Shown here: one piece after another, positions 37,068-51,284 of the stretch
How positions within the stretch are numbered: the first letter of the stretch is position 1
Layout: each line of letters starts with the position of its first letter
Origin: Octopus bimaculoides
Lineage: Eukaryota
Assembly (NCBI RefSeq): GCF_001194135.2
Contig: NC_068998.1
Coordinates: forward strand, 7,159,698-7,223,697
DNA: 64,000 nt
Direction of reading: 5' to 3'
Translations under genes and position numbers: made by a program
The notes under the pieces: model-generated
Database searches by the model: none
What the model was told of the DNA's origin: nothing
The model's input: only the letters and a program-made list of their open reading frames with translations

Positions 37068-38059
37068 TATATTTCTCAGACATTTCTCCAAGAAATGGAC
37101 CAGTTGAAAATGTTAGTGTCTGTCACCTCTATTCATACGGGAGTATTTGTAAATATGCATTTCATTTCTTTATTTTTTTGGTACCTACATTTTCACTTCT
37201 GCTTATAGAAGAAGGGAACTTTGTTTCGCCTTCTAAAGCAGAATTTATAGCATCTCCACCTTTTATATCGATAGAGACAGAGTACTTTTGTAAAATCCTT
37301 TCATCTAGATACAGATAATGGTAACCACGGCGAATATTAAGCTTTAATTTGACCCAATTTAACTAGACGTTTACTTAACCCCATACTTGTTCCTTTATAT
37401 ATTTAAATGCACAACTGCGCACGTATTTACATCATACTATCCGTACAACTGAGCAGTTTATGATGAACAATTCATTTAACTACCGAAAATATACGCCATT
37501 CTATGAACTATAAAATATAATTACAATATGTACCACTTGATTCCCTATGCTGTCGAATACTTTAAAATGTTAAATCATTTACAGTTATTCCTCAGAGGGA
37601 ATTTGTAAGTACACATTTCGCAGTTCTATGAAATTAGTTCTTCAATCGATAAATTTCCGGGCACCACAATCGCAAAATGGCTTAGTGATCAGTTGTCTTT
37701 CTTGTGATCGTATCGAATTCTCATTATCATGTACCGAACTTACAGTTATTTACTGGGAATAACATAAATGGTGGTGACATGTCACGAAATAAACAGACAA
37801 ACTTCTAGTAATTGTCTAAATTATTTTTAATGTAAATTTATCAAAATTAGCAGTTGGGTGATGGGGGTGGAAGTCCAAGGTAAATCCCTAGCAATTAGGC
37901 ATGGTCTAAATCTCTGTATCAGCCGTATAAGCCACAAAAAGCCACATGGTCGCTCGTGTAGTAGAAATAGAAGCAAAATATTTTTCGAATAACATCCTAG
38001 TTTTCAGAATAAAGGAAGGATACTCTGGATAACAAATGTAGTGCTGGATTTCTCAATCC

Positions 38060-38395
38060 CAGTCCTAGACTGGTAATCTATTTTAGCAGTGGCCGAAAGG
38101 ATGAACAGTAAAGTTGACCACAGTTGTATCTGAACTCACAACGTAAAAAGCCGGATGAAATGGTGCGGAACATTTTGCCTGATGTGCTGATGATTCTTCC
38201 AGATCACTGCTTTGAATAACAACAACAATTCTTTCTATTACCCCAATACGCAACTGGCACTTAATTTATCGACCCCCGAAAAAGGATGAAAGGCAAAGTC
38301 GACCTCGGCGGGATTTGAACTCAGAACGTAAAGGCAGACGAAATACTGCTAAGCATTTCGCTCGGCATGCTAACGATTCTGCCAGTTTACCACCT
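38060..38395 (-). mobile_element. Two adjacent family A SINEs (old 38060-38215; younger 38235-38395)
   Basis: gaaaggatgaacagtaaagttgacc; tacgcaactggcacttaatttatcgacccccgaaaaaggatgaaaggcaaagtcgacctcggcgggatttgaactcagaacg. Confidence 0.85.
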
Positions 38396-38406
38396 TCACT
38401 TCCATC

Positions 38407-38475
<69 letters not shown>

Positions 38476-38719
38476 TTTTGTAAAATTAAAACATTATTTT
38501 CATAGAATTCTTCTAAGACTTTCTTTGCTTTTATTTATTTTCCACTTAGAGTCGCAGATATTTCTTGCTTATTTATAATTCTATCTTTTTCTTGCTAATT
38601 GCATTGGACATAGTGGAGAGATGTTGAAACTTTTCATATCGTTTTATTTATTTATAGAAGCCATGTCTACATTTCTATATTTCTTCCATCACGGATTCAA
38701 TTATTATATCGAGCTGAAA

Positions 38720-38755
<36 letters not shown>

Positions 38756-39849
38756 CGGCTACGATGCAGCCATGGATGCGAAGTTAAGAAATTAACTTCG
38801 TAAACACGAAGTTCCGGGATCGATCCAAAACGGCGGTACTTTGGGAAAGCCTCTTTCACTATAACCTCGAGTTGACGTATACATTGATTCCCTTTGCATT
38901 GGTACAAAGCCTCAGATTTCTCTGAGAGGTATAATTAGTTCTATCTATTCCAGTACTTGATTAGTATTTTATGTAAACGACACCAGACAGATGCCAGGCA
39001 GAATTTGACCTCAGAGAGATTTGAATTCAAATCATAAAGGGCTAGAACTAAAGGGCTAGAATGAGTAAGGTGCTTTTTTGTTCGACGCCCTAACGTATCT
39101 CCCACTCCCATGCCATGCCCTACATAGACTAATGTATTGCGAGAGAAATTTATTGACATATATAGACTACGTAGAAATTAGATATGTGCGTGTGTGTGTA
39201 TCTGCGAGTATATGTGCCTTTGTTTTGTATGTGTGTTTATGCCTGTATCTGTGTATGTGTGCATGCGCATACGTGTATTTATTTGTTTCATCGTGGTGTG
39301 AGAACCGATACGTTCGAATCGAACAGAAACAGCCTACGGTTTTAATGTCCGGTCAAATTATACCCCACTTGCTTGCGGCAATGTCCTCTTTCCATAAAGT
39401 ATGCTACGAGATCGATGAAATTAAATACCAGACAAATGACAGTAATCGATAGGTTTGACAAAAACGCTGGAAGGAAGTGTCTTCAGCATGACTGCCATAC
39501 AATGACTGGAACTCAATTTAAAAATGAAAGTCTGCAACGTGCTCCCAAACAACCACGCATGCGCACGCACACACACATACACACACGCAGGGCAACACAT
39601 ACTATCACCAGCAATAAATTCAAATGCAGGAAACATACTAGACATGTTCAATATAACGAATTGTGGGTGTGTGTGTGTGTGTGTGTGTGCGTGTGTGTGT
39701 GTGTGTCTGAGTATATATCATGAAAATGAGGATAATAAAATAATTTATTACCACTGGTTAGCATGAATAAATAAAAGTCATTGCTCGGGATTAACTAATT
39801 CATTTTTCTTCGTTCTAGTGTTATAACGGCGTGCCTTTACTTTTTATTT

Positions 39850-39950
39850 CTTTAGGGGTCGATAAAATAAGTAGCAGTTAAGTACCGGGGTCGATGTTAT
39901 TGATTTATCCCTGTCCCCAAAGTTTCTGGTCTTGTGCCAAAATTGAAACC
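39850..39950 (+). mobile_element. Family A SINE 3' fragment
   Basis: tttaggggtcgataaaataagtagcagttaagtaccggggtcgatg...ggtcttgtgccaaaattgaaacc. Confidence 0.8.
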
Positions 39951-41182
39951 GATATCAATGAGGCCAAACTCATCGACTACAGCATAGCAAGTTCGTGATC
40001 AAGCATGACCAATAGCTGAAATCAGAACAGAAAACAAATACGTACATAAATACACACACACGCACACACACACACGCACACTCACACACGTACACACACT
40101 TATACATGTATGTATTTATACATCTGTATATACATATATATATATATACATATATATNNNNNNNNNNNNNNNNNNTATATATATAGATATATATGTGTGT
40201 GTATGTGTGACTATGTATGTATATGTGTTTATGCACTTTTCTGTGTATTTGTGCCATATTCAATCATATTTAGGTTAAATACATTTCCATAATCCAAATA
40301 AAATTCGCCACTCGTACATTGCTCATTACCATAATTTAGAATTGTTAATATTTGAAGATTCTGGAATTGTATAAATAATTTAAAGAAGTAAATGAAGATT
40401 GTACATCATCAGTCGTTTACTGATAAATATTTCAAACAGTGGAATATCATTTATACCATTACGAAGAAGAATAGCTTAACGTTTCGAGTAAGGTAACTCT
40501 TTCGGAAAGGAATGAGAGTGACAAATACAATAAAAATAAAGGTTTTAAAAGCAAACAAAAGATTTGCGCCGAGCTATTTAGACCTCCGAAGAAAGACAAG
40601 CATCCGAAACGTTAGATTTCTCTTTTTTCTTGCGGCATATACCACTCTTTGTATTTATTGCTTCATGTTTTGATGGCACAAGACATTACAAGCCACTTCA
40701 GATGCTACTCGTTAACTCTCTGTCTGTATTTCTCTGTCTCTCGCTGTCTCTCTCTTTCTGACACCCACACATACACACGCAACACGCTCACAAGTTTACT
40801 AAAACTTAATGTTTATCCTGAAACCGTGATCTTCAGGTAACAAGACATACGCACACACACGTACATGTCCTCACGCATACACATACATATCCACACACAC
40901 ACACACACGTCCGCACACAAGCACATACATATCCACACACACACTAACTTGTCCGCGCACACACACACGCGTCCTCATGCACACGTATACACGATCCTGC
41001 ACGCGAGCACACACATACACACACACGTGCACATTATTTCACTACGGTGATTGATTGACAGAGCCGTTAAAGTATTTTAAATTGGCTTTCGGTACATTGA
41101 CGTCTCATCCTGTAGTAACCAACTTTGCATTCTATCTTTTCGTAGTTGATAAAATATTAACAGTCCAATACTTGTGCGGCCA

Positions 41183-41222
<40 letters not shown>

Positions 41223-41476
41223 TCAGTACAGTAATGTAAACATCAAAATGGACGATGTTCTGTAGGCTTGTGAATTCCTTCCCTGTTGAGACAGTAAATA
41301 CTTCACTTGTTAACTGCTCACCTACCTTATAAGTGATCTTCAGTTAGAAAGGTAGCCTCAACTTCAAAATACGAACGCTAATAATTACGAACCTCCCCAG
41401 AGAATAAATTTCTCATCGAAGAATTAAATGCCAGAAGTTTTTCGCTGCTAAACTAATTAAATATAAGAGAATATGC

Positions 41477-41516
<40 letters not shown>

Positions 41517-42170
41517 GTAATATAAAAAACAAGTACAAAATATAGAAAAGCGGGGAAAATTGAAATTTAAATCGATATTAGTTTTGTCAACTGACGTTGA
41601 AATATTCTGAATCTCACATAATATTATTCTCAATCTTTCTTTTTATTTTCGATTTTATTTTAATATTAATGACAGAAATGTGTACATTTTTGCTTCATAT
41701 TTTTTTTCTATCTTTTGTCAGGATTTGTGTATTATTCAATTTTTAATAACAAATTTATTACTTCACCGATTACTTTCATATTTGTTTTCTGTATTATCTA
41801 TTTATTTATTTATTTATTTATTCATTTAAAAAAAAATTCAGCTTTGTTAAATCTGATATCATGATTTTTATTTGATTAGTCCAATATTTCACATCGTCAT
41901 AATTAACTTTACTGAATTTTCTCGTTTGCTATTCTCAGTAGAATTTGTATTTCGAATGCCTATAATTATCCCATCAAATACGTATCTATATATCTATACA
42001 TATATTTCCCTATAATGCTCTCTCTATATATATAGATATCTATATACATATATCTATATGTCTATCTTCCCCTCTCTCTATATATATATTAATATATTAT
42101 ATCTATATATATATATATATGCACCCACACACACAAGTATATCTATCTATATGTGCTCATATATACCTGT

Positions 42171-42245
<75 letters not shown>

Positions 42246-42288
42246 TATATATGTGTGTGTATATACATATATACATATATATCTACAC

Positions 42289-42319
<31 letters not shown>

Positions 42320-42722
42320 GTGCCTATTAGTGTGTTAACGGATCGCAGAATGCATAAACAGTATCTAAATACCAACAGAAAGAGTAAATCACTGGCATCA
42401 GCGCTAACTTGATACCCAAGGTTTCACCAGATAAGAAATTTCATGTCTTTACAGTCGGTAGTTCTGGTGAAACATAATTGATAGCGATCAAAATGGCGGT
42501 GATGATAAGATCATTTGGTTCATCATCACAAATCAATGCTGTATTCCTCAATTTATTGTGAATTTAGTATAGTTTAAGGGAGATAACTAAAAAGTTTGAA
42601 GTAATGAAATGGAATGGTACATAGATGAAATAAAGGCATGATTATAACGTTAAATAGCGGTAAACCAGCAGACCTTTGTTATAGATCACTTTGTTAGTTC
42701 ACGTATATATGTATATATATTT

Positions 42723-42771
<49 letters not shown>

Positions 42772-42914
42772 TAAGGATTCAGTTGATTGCTGAAGCGAAC
42801 ATGGATTTAGAGTATGCGTGACAGAGCATTCTACAGCACAATTTTCACTCAGCGTGACGCAGTGTGTGTGTGTGCGTGTGTGACAAGTTTGTACTATTGA
42901 ATTCTCCGTGAAAT

Positions 42915-43090
42915 CAATATCATGGGTTTCCCTACAGTTTCCACCCACCAAAATTCCTCTCCCCCGCCCACAAATTACGAGCCAGCTCGAAGCTATAGAA
43001 AATGACAGTTGCCCAAGATAGCTCGTAGCAGAATCGAACCCGATACCTTCGTGCTTGCGAAAGGAAATAAACCATTCAATCATACTGAGC
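42915..43090 (-). mobile_element. Old family B SINE head and core
   Basis: gggtttccctacagtttcc...gaagctatagaaaatgacagttgcccaag...agaatcgaacccgatacc. Confidence 0.6.
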
Positions 43091-43900
43091 CTATGTGTGA
43101 GTGTCTTTACGTGCGTGTCTCTGTATACATGGGTGTGCGTATTCGCATATCTAGGTTAATTTCCAAAATGAATACCGAATATGTTCATACGTTGACAGGG
43201 TTCACTGACATCATTCTTGAAATGGATGCTGAAATTTTCCAGTTGAACTATTTGAAATTTCAGAAGCAGAGTTATTTCACTTCTTTAAAATTGTAATTAT
43301 CGTTAAGTAATGTAATATATTAATATCAATAATTGCTATTATTGTATTACAGTACTTAACGGTTATTCGTTAAAAAAGCAATAACCTTCTTTTTCGCTTT
43401 CTATTTCCTATCATATATAATAATTATTCCTGATAGAAATAGAAGGTGACCGAAATGATGCTTTTTTATTGTTTGGAACGAATAACTATATTATTTATTC
43501 ATTTATTTATTTTTAATCGGAAGAACGAGTGGTTTAATCAAAGAACGGAAAAGACAAAGAAAAAAAAATGAGAAGAAATGTTGCATAATGCTCAATTTCG
43601 TTAACTGAAAGATAATTTAAGAAGCAATATTCGAATTGAGGGTAATAGAATAACAGAAAATGTGCTTTTCGTTTATTTCATTGCGCGCTTATCCACCTTA
43701 CCTGAAAATGTGTTTCGAAAATGTGAACTCCTATAGAACTAATATTTTCAATTGAAATCGCCGTACTGTCTACAAATAATGCAATGAACTTTTGACATTA
43801 ATATACAGAAAGTAATAATACAATAATAATGTTCACACATACAGCTGCTGAACACACATTCATGTTCCTATGCATTTGTGTGTGTGTGTGTGTGTGTGTG

Positions 43901-43936
<36 letters not shown>

Positions 43937-46659
43937 AAAAGAGAAAGTGTGAGAGGAGGCGATGGAAATGATGGTTCAAAAGCAGTGACAGTTATTTAAT
44001 TTATTTATAATTCCTTTATTTTATTTAACACAATACTTCTATCAGCGGGAGAAATATTGTGTTTTGAATTGAATCAAATCTTCCTGAAATCATTATCCTA
44101 ATGTTCGATTCTGGAATATTTTGGTTTAATTCTTCCCTCTCACCAATCAAAGTATGCTCACTGATCTCATGGTAACTACTACCTTACGTACGTCATCCCA
44201 AACGGCTAATTTAAAAGTCCACGAAGTCAACTTCGCCCTTCAGTCTTCCGACGTGCATTGTGAGGTCGCTTTGGCCTAATGTATCCTGCCTCAATATTTC
44301 TATTTATGTGCCTATATAAGAAATCAGTTCCCAAGAACTGAAACTGAGTTTGTGATAGACTAGTGCAATGATTCTCAAATATATTCTATCACCGAAGAAT
44401 CGTTTCCAAAAATAGTGGAACCCATATCTAGATTTTACACACCCCACCCCACTGTTCTAATATCAGTAAATTATTAAATGAAGCAAAAACTGTTTTAGTG
44501 AGAGGATATATTCATATGATCTTTACATCATTAAATAATCCCTTGTGAAAATGTAGGATACCATTTCTTTATCAAATATAACTTTATTGATTTTGTTTTA
44601 AACGACACCGTATTTCGCAGAACTACGATTTGGGGAAACAAATCTTTTTTCGCTCTGTTAACGTCAAGACAACGAAGGAACGTAACTAAATTTCAGATTC
44701 GCTTCGAAAGGTTTCAGCAATAGTAAATGGCTGTCTTTACTGCGTGTATTCTTTTTCACAATGTTATTATGATTATTTTCCAAATATTAAAAACAAATAT
44801 ATTGTTTTTATGTTCGAACCAAATGGAATATACTTCAAATGGACACTTAGTCTGTTTTACTGTGGTTACTTGTTCCAGAAAAGCATGTGAAGCTAACACA
44901 ATTCTCTCACACTATTCATCGAGCTGTTCCTGAAAAAAGGAGACGTAAAATGCAGCCAGATTTAACCCCGACAATCTGTGTATATGCAACAGGCTTCTTT
45001 CAGTTTCCATCCATCAAATCCACTCTCAAGGCTTCGATAAAGAATGGAACTTTTAGGACTTATGAGGGTGGGTTAAAAAGTTTTTCTTTTTCGCATAACA
45101 TAATCGTATGAATTCCCATATGTAGGACACAGATTCACAAACTAGAATTCCACCGAATCCTTTATTTTACAAATCCTTTATATTTATCAATTATTGATGT
45201 TGTATAAAAATGATTTTTTTTTTTGTATATCAGTGGCATAACTTGATGTAATCGAAGTTGTACTAGCATTGCCTCGCTGGTCATATAAACGGCGTATTCT
45301 ATTCTATAACAAAACCTTAGTAGATGAAGTCAAAGCACTAAGTGTTCTCTTGGTTTAGACAACCATCCTCTCAAAAAGTGATGGAGAGACGGAGTAATGT
45401 AGTGCTACATGTTCCATGTCTGCAATAAGGACAGGAATGTTGTGGTTAGAAGAACCCTGCTCAGGGGATAAAGAACCACAATTAAGCCGTTGAAAACGGT
45501 TATTCACTCTTCTAATTTTTTGTTGAAATCAAGGAAGGTTGAGAGTTCATCTACAAGGTGTAGTGCAGGTTATAACTTGGTTTCCCACACTGTACGATGT
45601 TTGACATAAAAAAGAAACATCAGTAGCTAATGTATTGGAGTCGAACCATTGAACGACCTATAACTTCTTTAAAATACTGGGCTTAAATTAATCATTTAGT
45701 CAGTACAATTAAGTATTAAAGATTAATTATGTTGCTTAGCATAGGGCAGCCATGATGGAATAGATATATGGTGAAAGTTGTTCCCGCTATGACCATTCCA
45801 ACATTTCCAAGGCTAAACAGAACTTCATTATCGAATGTATAGATACCTTATTTAAAAAGAGTAGGGAGTGATTTGAGGGAAGATGTTTGACTGCTATATC
45901 TAGCAGATAAAGCAACAATATTCTCCGCTGGTTGAAACTGATACTATGCTTATATTTATTAGCTCATGAAATTTTTTTAATTAATGGCGTTGAGAAATGA
46001 ACTCATCAGAAATTGAAAGAAAAAAAATTTTTTCAGAATAAAAACAAAATTTGTAAACAATGCTAGGTTCAATATGAAACATCAAAAATAAATTCTTTCA
46101 AGTCAACTTCCCCTATTACAATATAAAACACCTACGCGTACCTCCACCACGTCAGCCACTGTAACTTCTCTCTTTTCGACCTCCAACACCGAAAAGTCTT
46201 GCCAAATGTATTACAAAATAATTTATGAGTATTCAAACTCAATTTTCCACCTCTTAATTCTTTTACATTATTAGATGCATGACTTGCCACAATCTCTAAG
46301 AATTAACAGTTGTACAAATTCTTCTACAAAAATTATATTATTTGGGAAGACATGAGAAAATTAAGTTTACAAAACTGGAAGAGAGCCAAATTGAAAATTT
46401 GAAGACTCATGGCGTTTTGATTGATATCGTTTTTCATCGGTTTTGTTAGTTTCTGAAACAAAGCAAATTAATACCATTGTCTGCCTGTCTCTATGTCTAT
46501 CTCTTTGTCTCGCGCATGTACACTCTCATATAATTTATTTATGAAGTCATATTTGTGGACATACGAATGATTAAATATGTATTTAGAAGTTGTTAAGTGA
46601 AAATCGTTGTATTCATCTCTCTTTCAAGATACTTCGAGAGAGTCTCCACGCGGTTGATG

Positions 46660-46855
46660 AAATAATTCTTTCTACTTTAGGCACAAGGTCTGAAATTTGT
46701 GGGGAGAAGACAGTCGGTTACATCAACCCCAGTGTTTCACTGGTACTTATTTTATCGACTCCGAAAGGATGAAAAGCAACGCCGACTTCGGCGGAACTTG
46801 AATTCAGAACGTGAAGAGGGGCGAAATACCACTATGAGTTTCGCCCGGCGTGATA
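46660..46855 (-). mobile_element. Family A SINE
   Basis: ctttctactttaggcacaagg...ggtacttattttatcgactccgaaaggatgaaaag...gaattcagaacg...tttcgcccggcgtg. Confidence 0.88.
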
Positions 46856-48674
46856 ACTGGACTGTGTAGTCCTAGATATTTAAAAAGACAGGATAGTCTC
46901 AGTTGGAATGTAGTTTATTATTTAAGCTTACGTCGATTCCTCCGTGATGTTTTGCATTTATAATAAAATAAATATATACAAATTATAAAAATAATCAAAA
47001 AAATATACAGCACTGTTCTATTTCTATTTCGCGGATTTTCACCTATCGTGGGGGGGGGGGTTTGGAACGTAACACACGCGATAATTGAGAGATTACTGTA
47101 CATGAATCGAGGCATTACTGTACATGTAGGTGATTAACTACTACACTTCAGTTAATCATATTAACTGTAATATAGCAGTTAAGCAACTAGTTCGGTTTGC
47201 TGAGATTATTTTTACTGTTAAAATGCAAAAGAAACCTCTACAGAGTTTATGAAAATCTACCAAAGACAAGAAAGGCTGTGACGCCAGTATAATATCACTT
47301 TTAAGTATGTGCACAATAAGCAGACATATAGCAGCACACATGGGTGGTTAAAATGTTGAAAAGTTTTATTTCTACTTGACAACGCTCAGAGAAAAACTCG
47401 TTTTCGAATAATTAAATATATTCTACTATATGAAATAAATAGCAATAATAACTGTTATATGTAATAGCCACCAGTTCACCACTCCCATCTGCGCACACAC
47501 AGGGTACTAAAAAGTTGCTTTAATGCACAACAAAATTTATTGCATTGTATTAAAAGCTTTATATTTATTTAATATCATCCTTAAAGTTGGAGTAAAGAAA
47601 ATAAATCTAGGAAAAACGCCCTGAATTGAATATTTAATTACTGTAATGTAAGTATATCTATAAATTTAACCAAAACTTTGAACAAAATTTTGGATTGATC
47701 TAAAATGATAGTAAAATATCAAGAATTCTAATTTCATTATATTTTAATAATATGTTGATTTTATTGATAATTTTGATGACTACCATTGCTACAAACGCAC
47801 ACACTCTATAGTTTTCATTCATTGCAATTAACTCTTCTGCTTTTTTACAGCTTTAAGCTTAAATTCTCTTCTTCACTTCCGTCCACTATCCTAACTTCCG
47901 CTGTTCATGCCAACATTGTTCTAACAATATTGGCAATCAAATTTTTAAAGAAAGGGAAGATACAATCTTTTATCATAAATATTTAAAAGTTGATAAACAT
48001 TTTAGCTATTTTACCATTTATTTATTTCGATTTTTTCAATGACTAAAAGTTATTTTGCTAGTTTTACTTCCTTCCATAGCAAATGGCACAATGGACTATG
48101 ATGTTCTGTGTAGTCAAAAAGAAGAGACACTATACATTACATAATTATATTAGATGAACAATACGAATAAATGACATACACAAAGCTTATGGGGGTTTTC
48201 TATGTAATGCTGAAAGAAATTTTTAATCGTATAACTTCATTTCCCTATAGCAATTCCCAACTTTTCTCCCCTTGAATTATAAAATTTCCGCCAGGAGAAT
48301 TGCAGTGCTAGATATACATACAAAGCGACGAGAGGATCATGAGTAGTGAGTACTTTATGACAGGCTTGCTCTGTCAGTGCTAGCTTCAGTCTAAATAGCA
48401 AGAACAACAATAAATAAAGTTTCTACAGTATAACCGTTGACTAACGTTCCTGAATAAAAGCGTATTATATATGTAAGCTATCACAAACGTTGAAACTGTA
48501 ACATATCTAAGCAATCGTAAGCAGTCGGTAAGCAAAGGCAAAAATTACCAAGTGATCGTATGCTGTGCGAAAGTTATCAAAGGATATGTATTTCTATAAA
48601 AAAGTGAGCCTAATGCGGGGAACATGACAAATATATTTGATCAGGGCTAAACAGTGATTAATGCTTAAAACATG

Positions 48675-48855
48675 AGATGTACCTGTAATTCAAAAGGGCC
48701 AATCTTGTCACATTTTGTGTTATGCTAAGTCTCCCTGAGAACTACGTTAAGGGTACACATGTCTGTAGAGTGTTCAGCCACTTGCACGTTAATTTCACGA
48801 TCAGGCTGTTTCGCTGATCGAATCATCAGGAACACTCGTCGTTGAAACCGACCAT
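48675..48855 (+). mobile_element. Family C SINE 3' body fragment
   Basis: gtacctgtaattcaaaagggcc...gagaactacgttaagggtacacatgtctgtagagtgttcagccacttgcacgttaatttcacg. Confidence 0.85.
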
Positions 48856-51064
48856 GCATGTATGAATGAATGAATGAATATAAATGAATGTATGTATGAA
48901 TGAATGAATATGATTTGCAACTCAAGGTAAGCAATAATTTTCTATATTTTTAATAGATTTTCAACATTAAAATAATATTTTTCACAAGTAGCCATACGTA
49001 GTATACGATCAGTATCTTTTCTTTGAGCTTCAGTGTACCAAAGTCAAAACAATTGAGAACCCCTACTTCACATGCTAGATTTAGCAGTTAAATATCCCTT
49101 ATCTTACATATAAATTTCAAGGATACATTAGATAATATGCTCCTATATAATCTCTAAAAAGATGGGATTGTCATGTCGAAAATGCTTTTGATCTTACTTC
49201 TGCTCAATGAAGGTTAACCCAGGGTTAAACACTAACAATAACAACAAGAACAACAACAACGACATGAAAAACCTTCAACAGTTAAAAATCTATTAACCCC
49301 GGTTTGGTTATTCCGTATCGTTCGTATTTGTTCAACCATTCAATATAAAAATATATATATCTTCTATCTTTAGACTAGAAGCAATAATTTTCAAGCTGTG
49401 TTATTTTTGTTATCGCTATAGTTCTGCTTGAATTGAGGACGGACGCTGCAATGAATGCCATATTATATTCAGGAAGTTGTTTCATAAAACACATGAATGC
49501 CACGGTGTTCAAAGGTTTAATACTTATCCCTAATGAAACTAGGAAGTCGGTTAAGACCAAAGAGAAAATGAAGAATAAATAAACGGTATTCATAAACTAC
49601 AGTTTAAAATTAATAGCCATGCCGAATATATATNNNNNNNNNNNNNNNNNNNNNNNNNNNNNNNNNNNNNNNNNNNNNNNNNNNNNNNNNNNNNNNNNNN
49701 NNNNNNNNNNNNNNNNNNNNNNNNNNNNNNNNNNNNNNNNNNNNNNNNNNNNNNNNNNNNNNNNNNNNNNNNNNNNNNNNNNNNNNNNNNNNNNNNNNNN
49801 NNNNNNNNNNNNNNNNNNNNNNNNNNNNNNNNNNNNNNNNNNNNNNNNNNNNNNNNNNNNNNNNNNNNNNNNNNNNNNNNNNNNNNNNNNNNNNNNNNNN
49901 NNNNNNNNNNNNNNNNNNNNNNNNNNNNNNNNNNNNNNNNNNNNNNNNNNNNNNNNNNNNNNNNNNNNNNNNNNNNNNNNNNNNNNNNNNNNNNNNNNNN
50001 NNNNNNNNNNNNNNNNNNNNNNNNNNNNNNNNNNNNNNNNNNNNNNNNNNNNNNNNNNNNNNNNNNNNNNNNNNNNNNNNNNNNNNNNNNNNNNNNNNNN
50101 NNNNNNNNNNNNNNNNNNNNNNNNNNNNNNNNNNNNNNNNNNNNNNNNNNNNNNNNNNNNNNNNNNNNNNNNNNNNNNNNNNNNNNNNNNNNNNNNNNNN
50201 NNNNNNNNNNNNNNNNNNNNNNNNNNNNNNNNNNNNNNNNNNNNNNNNNNNNNNNNNNNNNNNNNNNNNNNNNNNNNNNNNNNNNNNNNNNNNNNNNNNN
50301 NNNNNNNNNNNNNNNNNNNNNNNNNNNNNNNNNNNNNNNNNNNNNNNNNNNNNNNNNNNNNNNNNNNNNNNNNNNNNNNNNNNNNNNNNNNNNNNNNNNN
50401 NNNNNNNNNNNNNNNNNNNNNNNATATATATATATATATATATATACAGACAGACACACAAATATGCGGGTGACTGTGTGTGTAACAACAACATATATTT
50501 GACTGACAAAATCTGATTTGTATCGGAAAATGTTTTGGCTGTATTTCAACCCCGCCACTGTGACATATGATGTATGTAGGACTAAACACCTAACGAAAAG
50601 AAACTAAACCAAATATATAATTTGAAAACTATTGGAATAAATAGTGACTTTGCGACCGTAGATTAGCCTACATTTGAAATATGACTGTACTGGAGTCAAT
50701 CCAGTCACTATATTGCGTTATTTACACGTTCAGTATACGTCAGATACAATTATAAACTGCACTACATCGGACTCCTCTGGACTTCACTGTGAATAGGCGA
50801 CAAGATGGTGTCTTATAAAAATACTTGTAGAAGGCAACGGGAAACTATCTTCGCATTTACCCAAGAAAAATTCCTGTCAAGGAAGTCATCAGGGTCGTTC
50901 GTGGAATTGATGATGCAGGGAAAGTGTAATGTGTATCTGCAGAAACAGACTACCTGAAGACACGTTATGCTTCCAAAAAATTGAAACGTAGTGCCGATGA
51001 AAAAACAGAATAAAGATAAGTCATTATAAAACAATCCATTGCATTTAAATTATATCCTTTCTTT

Positions 51065-51284
51065 CGATAATAATAATGGTTTAATTTTGGCACAAGGTCT
51101 GAAATTTTGAATGAGGGGCTAGTCGATTACATCGACCCCAGTGCTCAACTGGTACTTATATTATCAACCCCGAAAGGATGAAAGGTAAAGTTGACTTCCG
51201 TGGAATTTGAACTCAGAACTAAAAGACTGGTGAAATGCCGCTCTGCATTTTCTACGGTGCGCTAACAATTCTGCCAGCTCGCCT
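51065..51284 (-). mobile_element. Family A SINE
   Basis: ggcacaaggtctgaaatttt...gtcgattacatcgaccccagtgctcaactggtac...gctaacaattctgccagctcgcc. Confidence 0.9.

Noticed and set aside
38779-38800. 9-bp hairpin with GAAA tetraloop after a poly(A) run
   Set aside because: It lies within a decayed family B-like SINE head and has no independent evidence of function.
43198-43296. GFTDIILEMDAEIFQ...SYFTSL resembling a BTB domain start
   Set aside because: The central H(R/K).VLAA.S motif is absent and the frame stops immediately; best explained as chance, though blastx would settle it.
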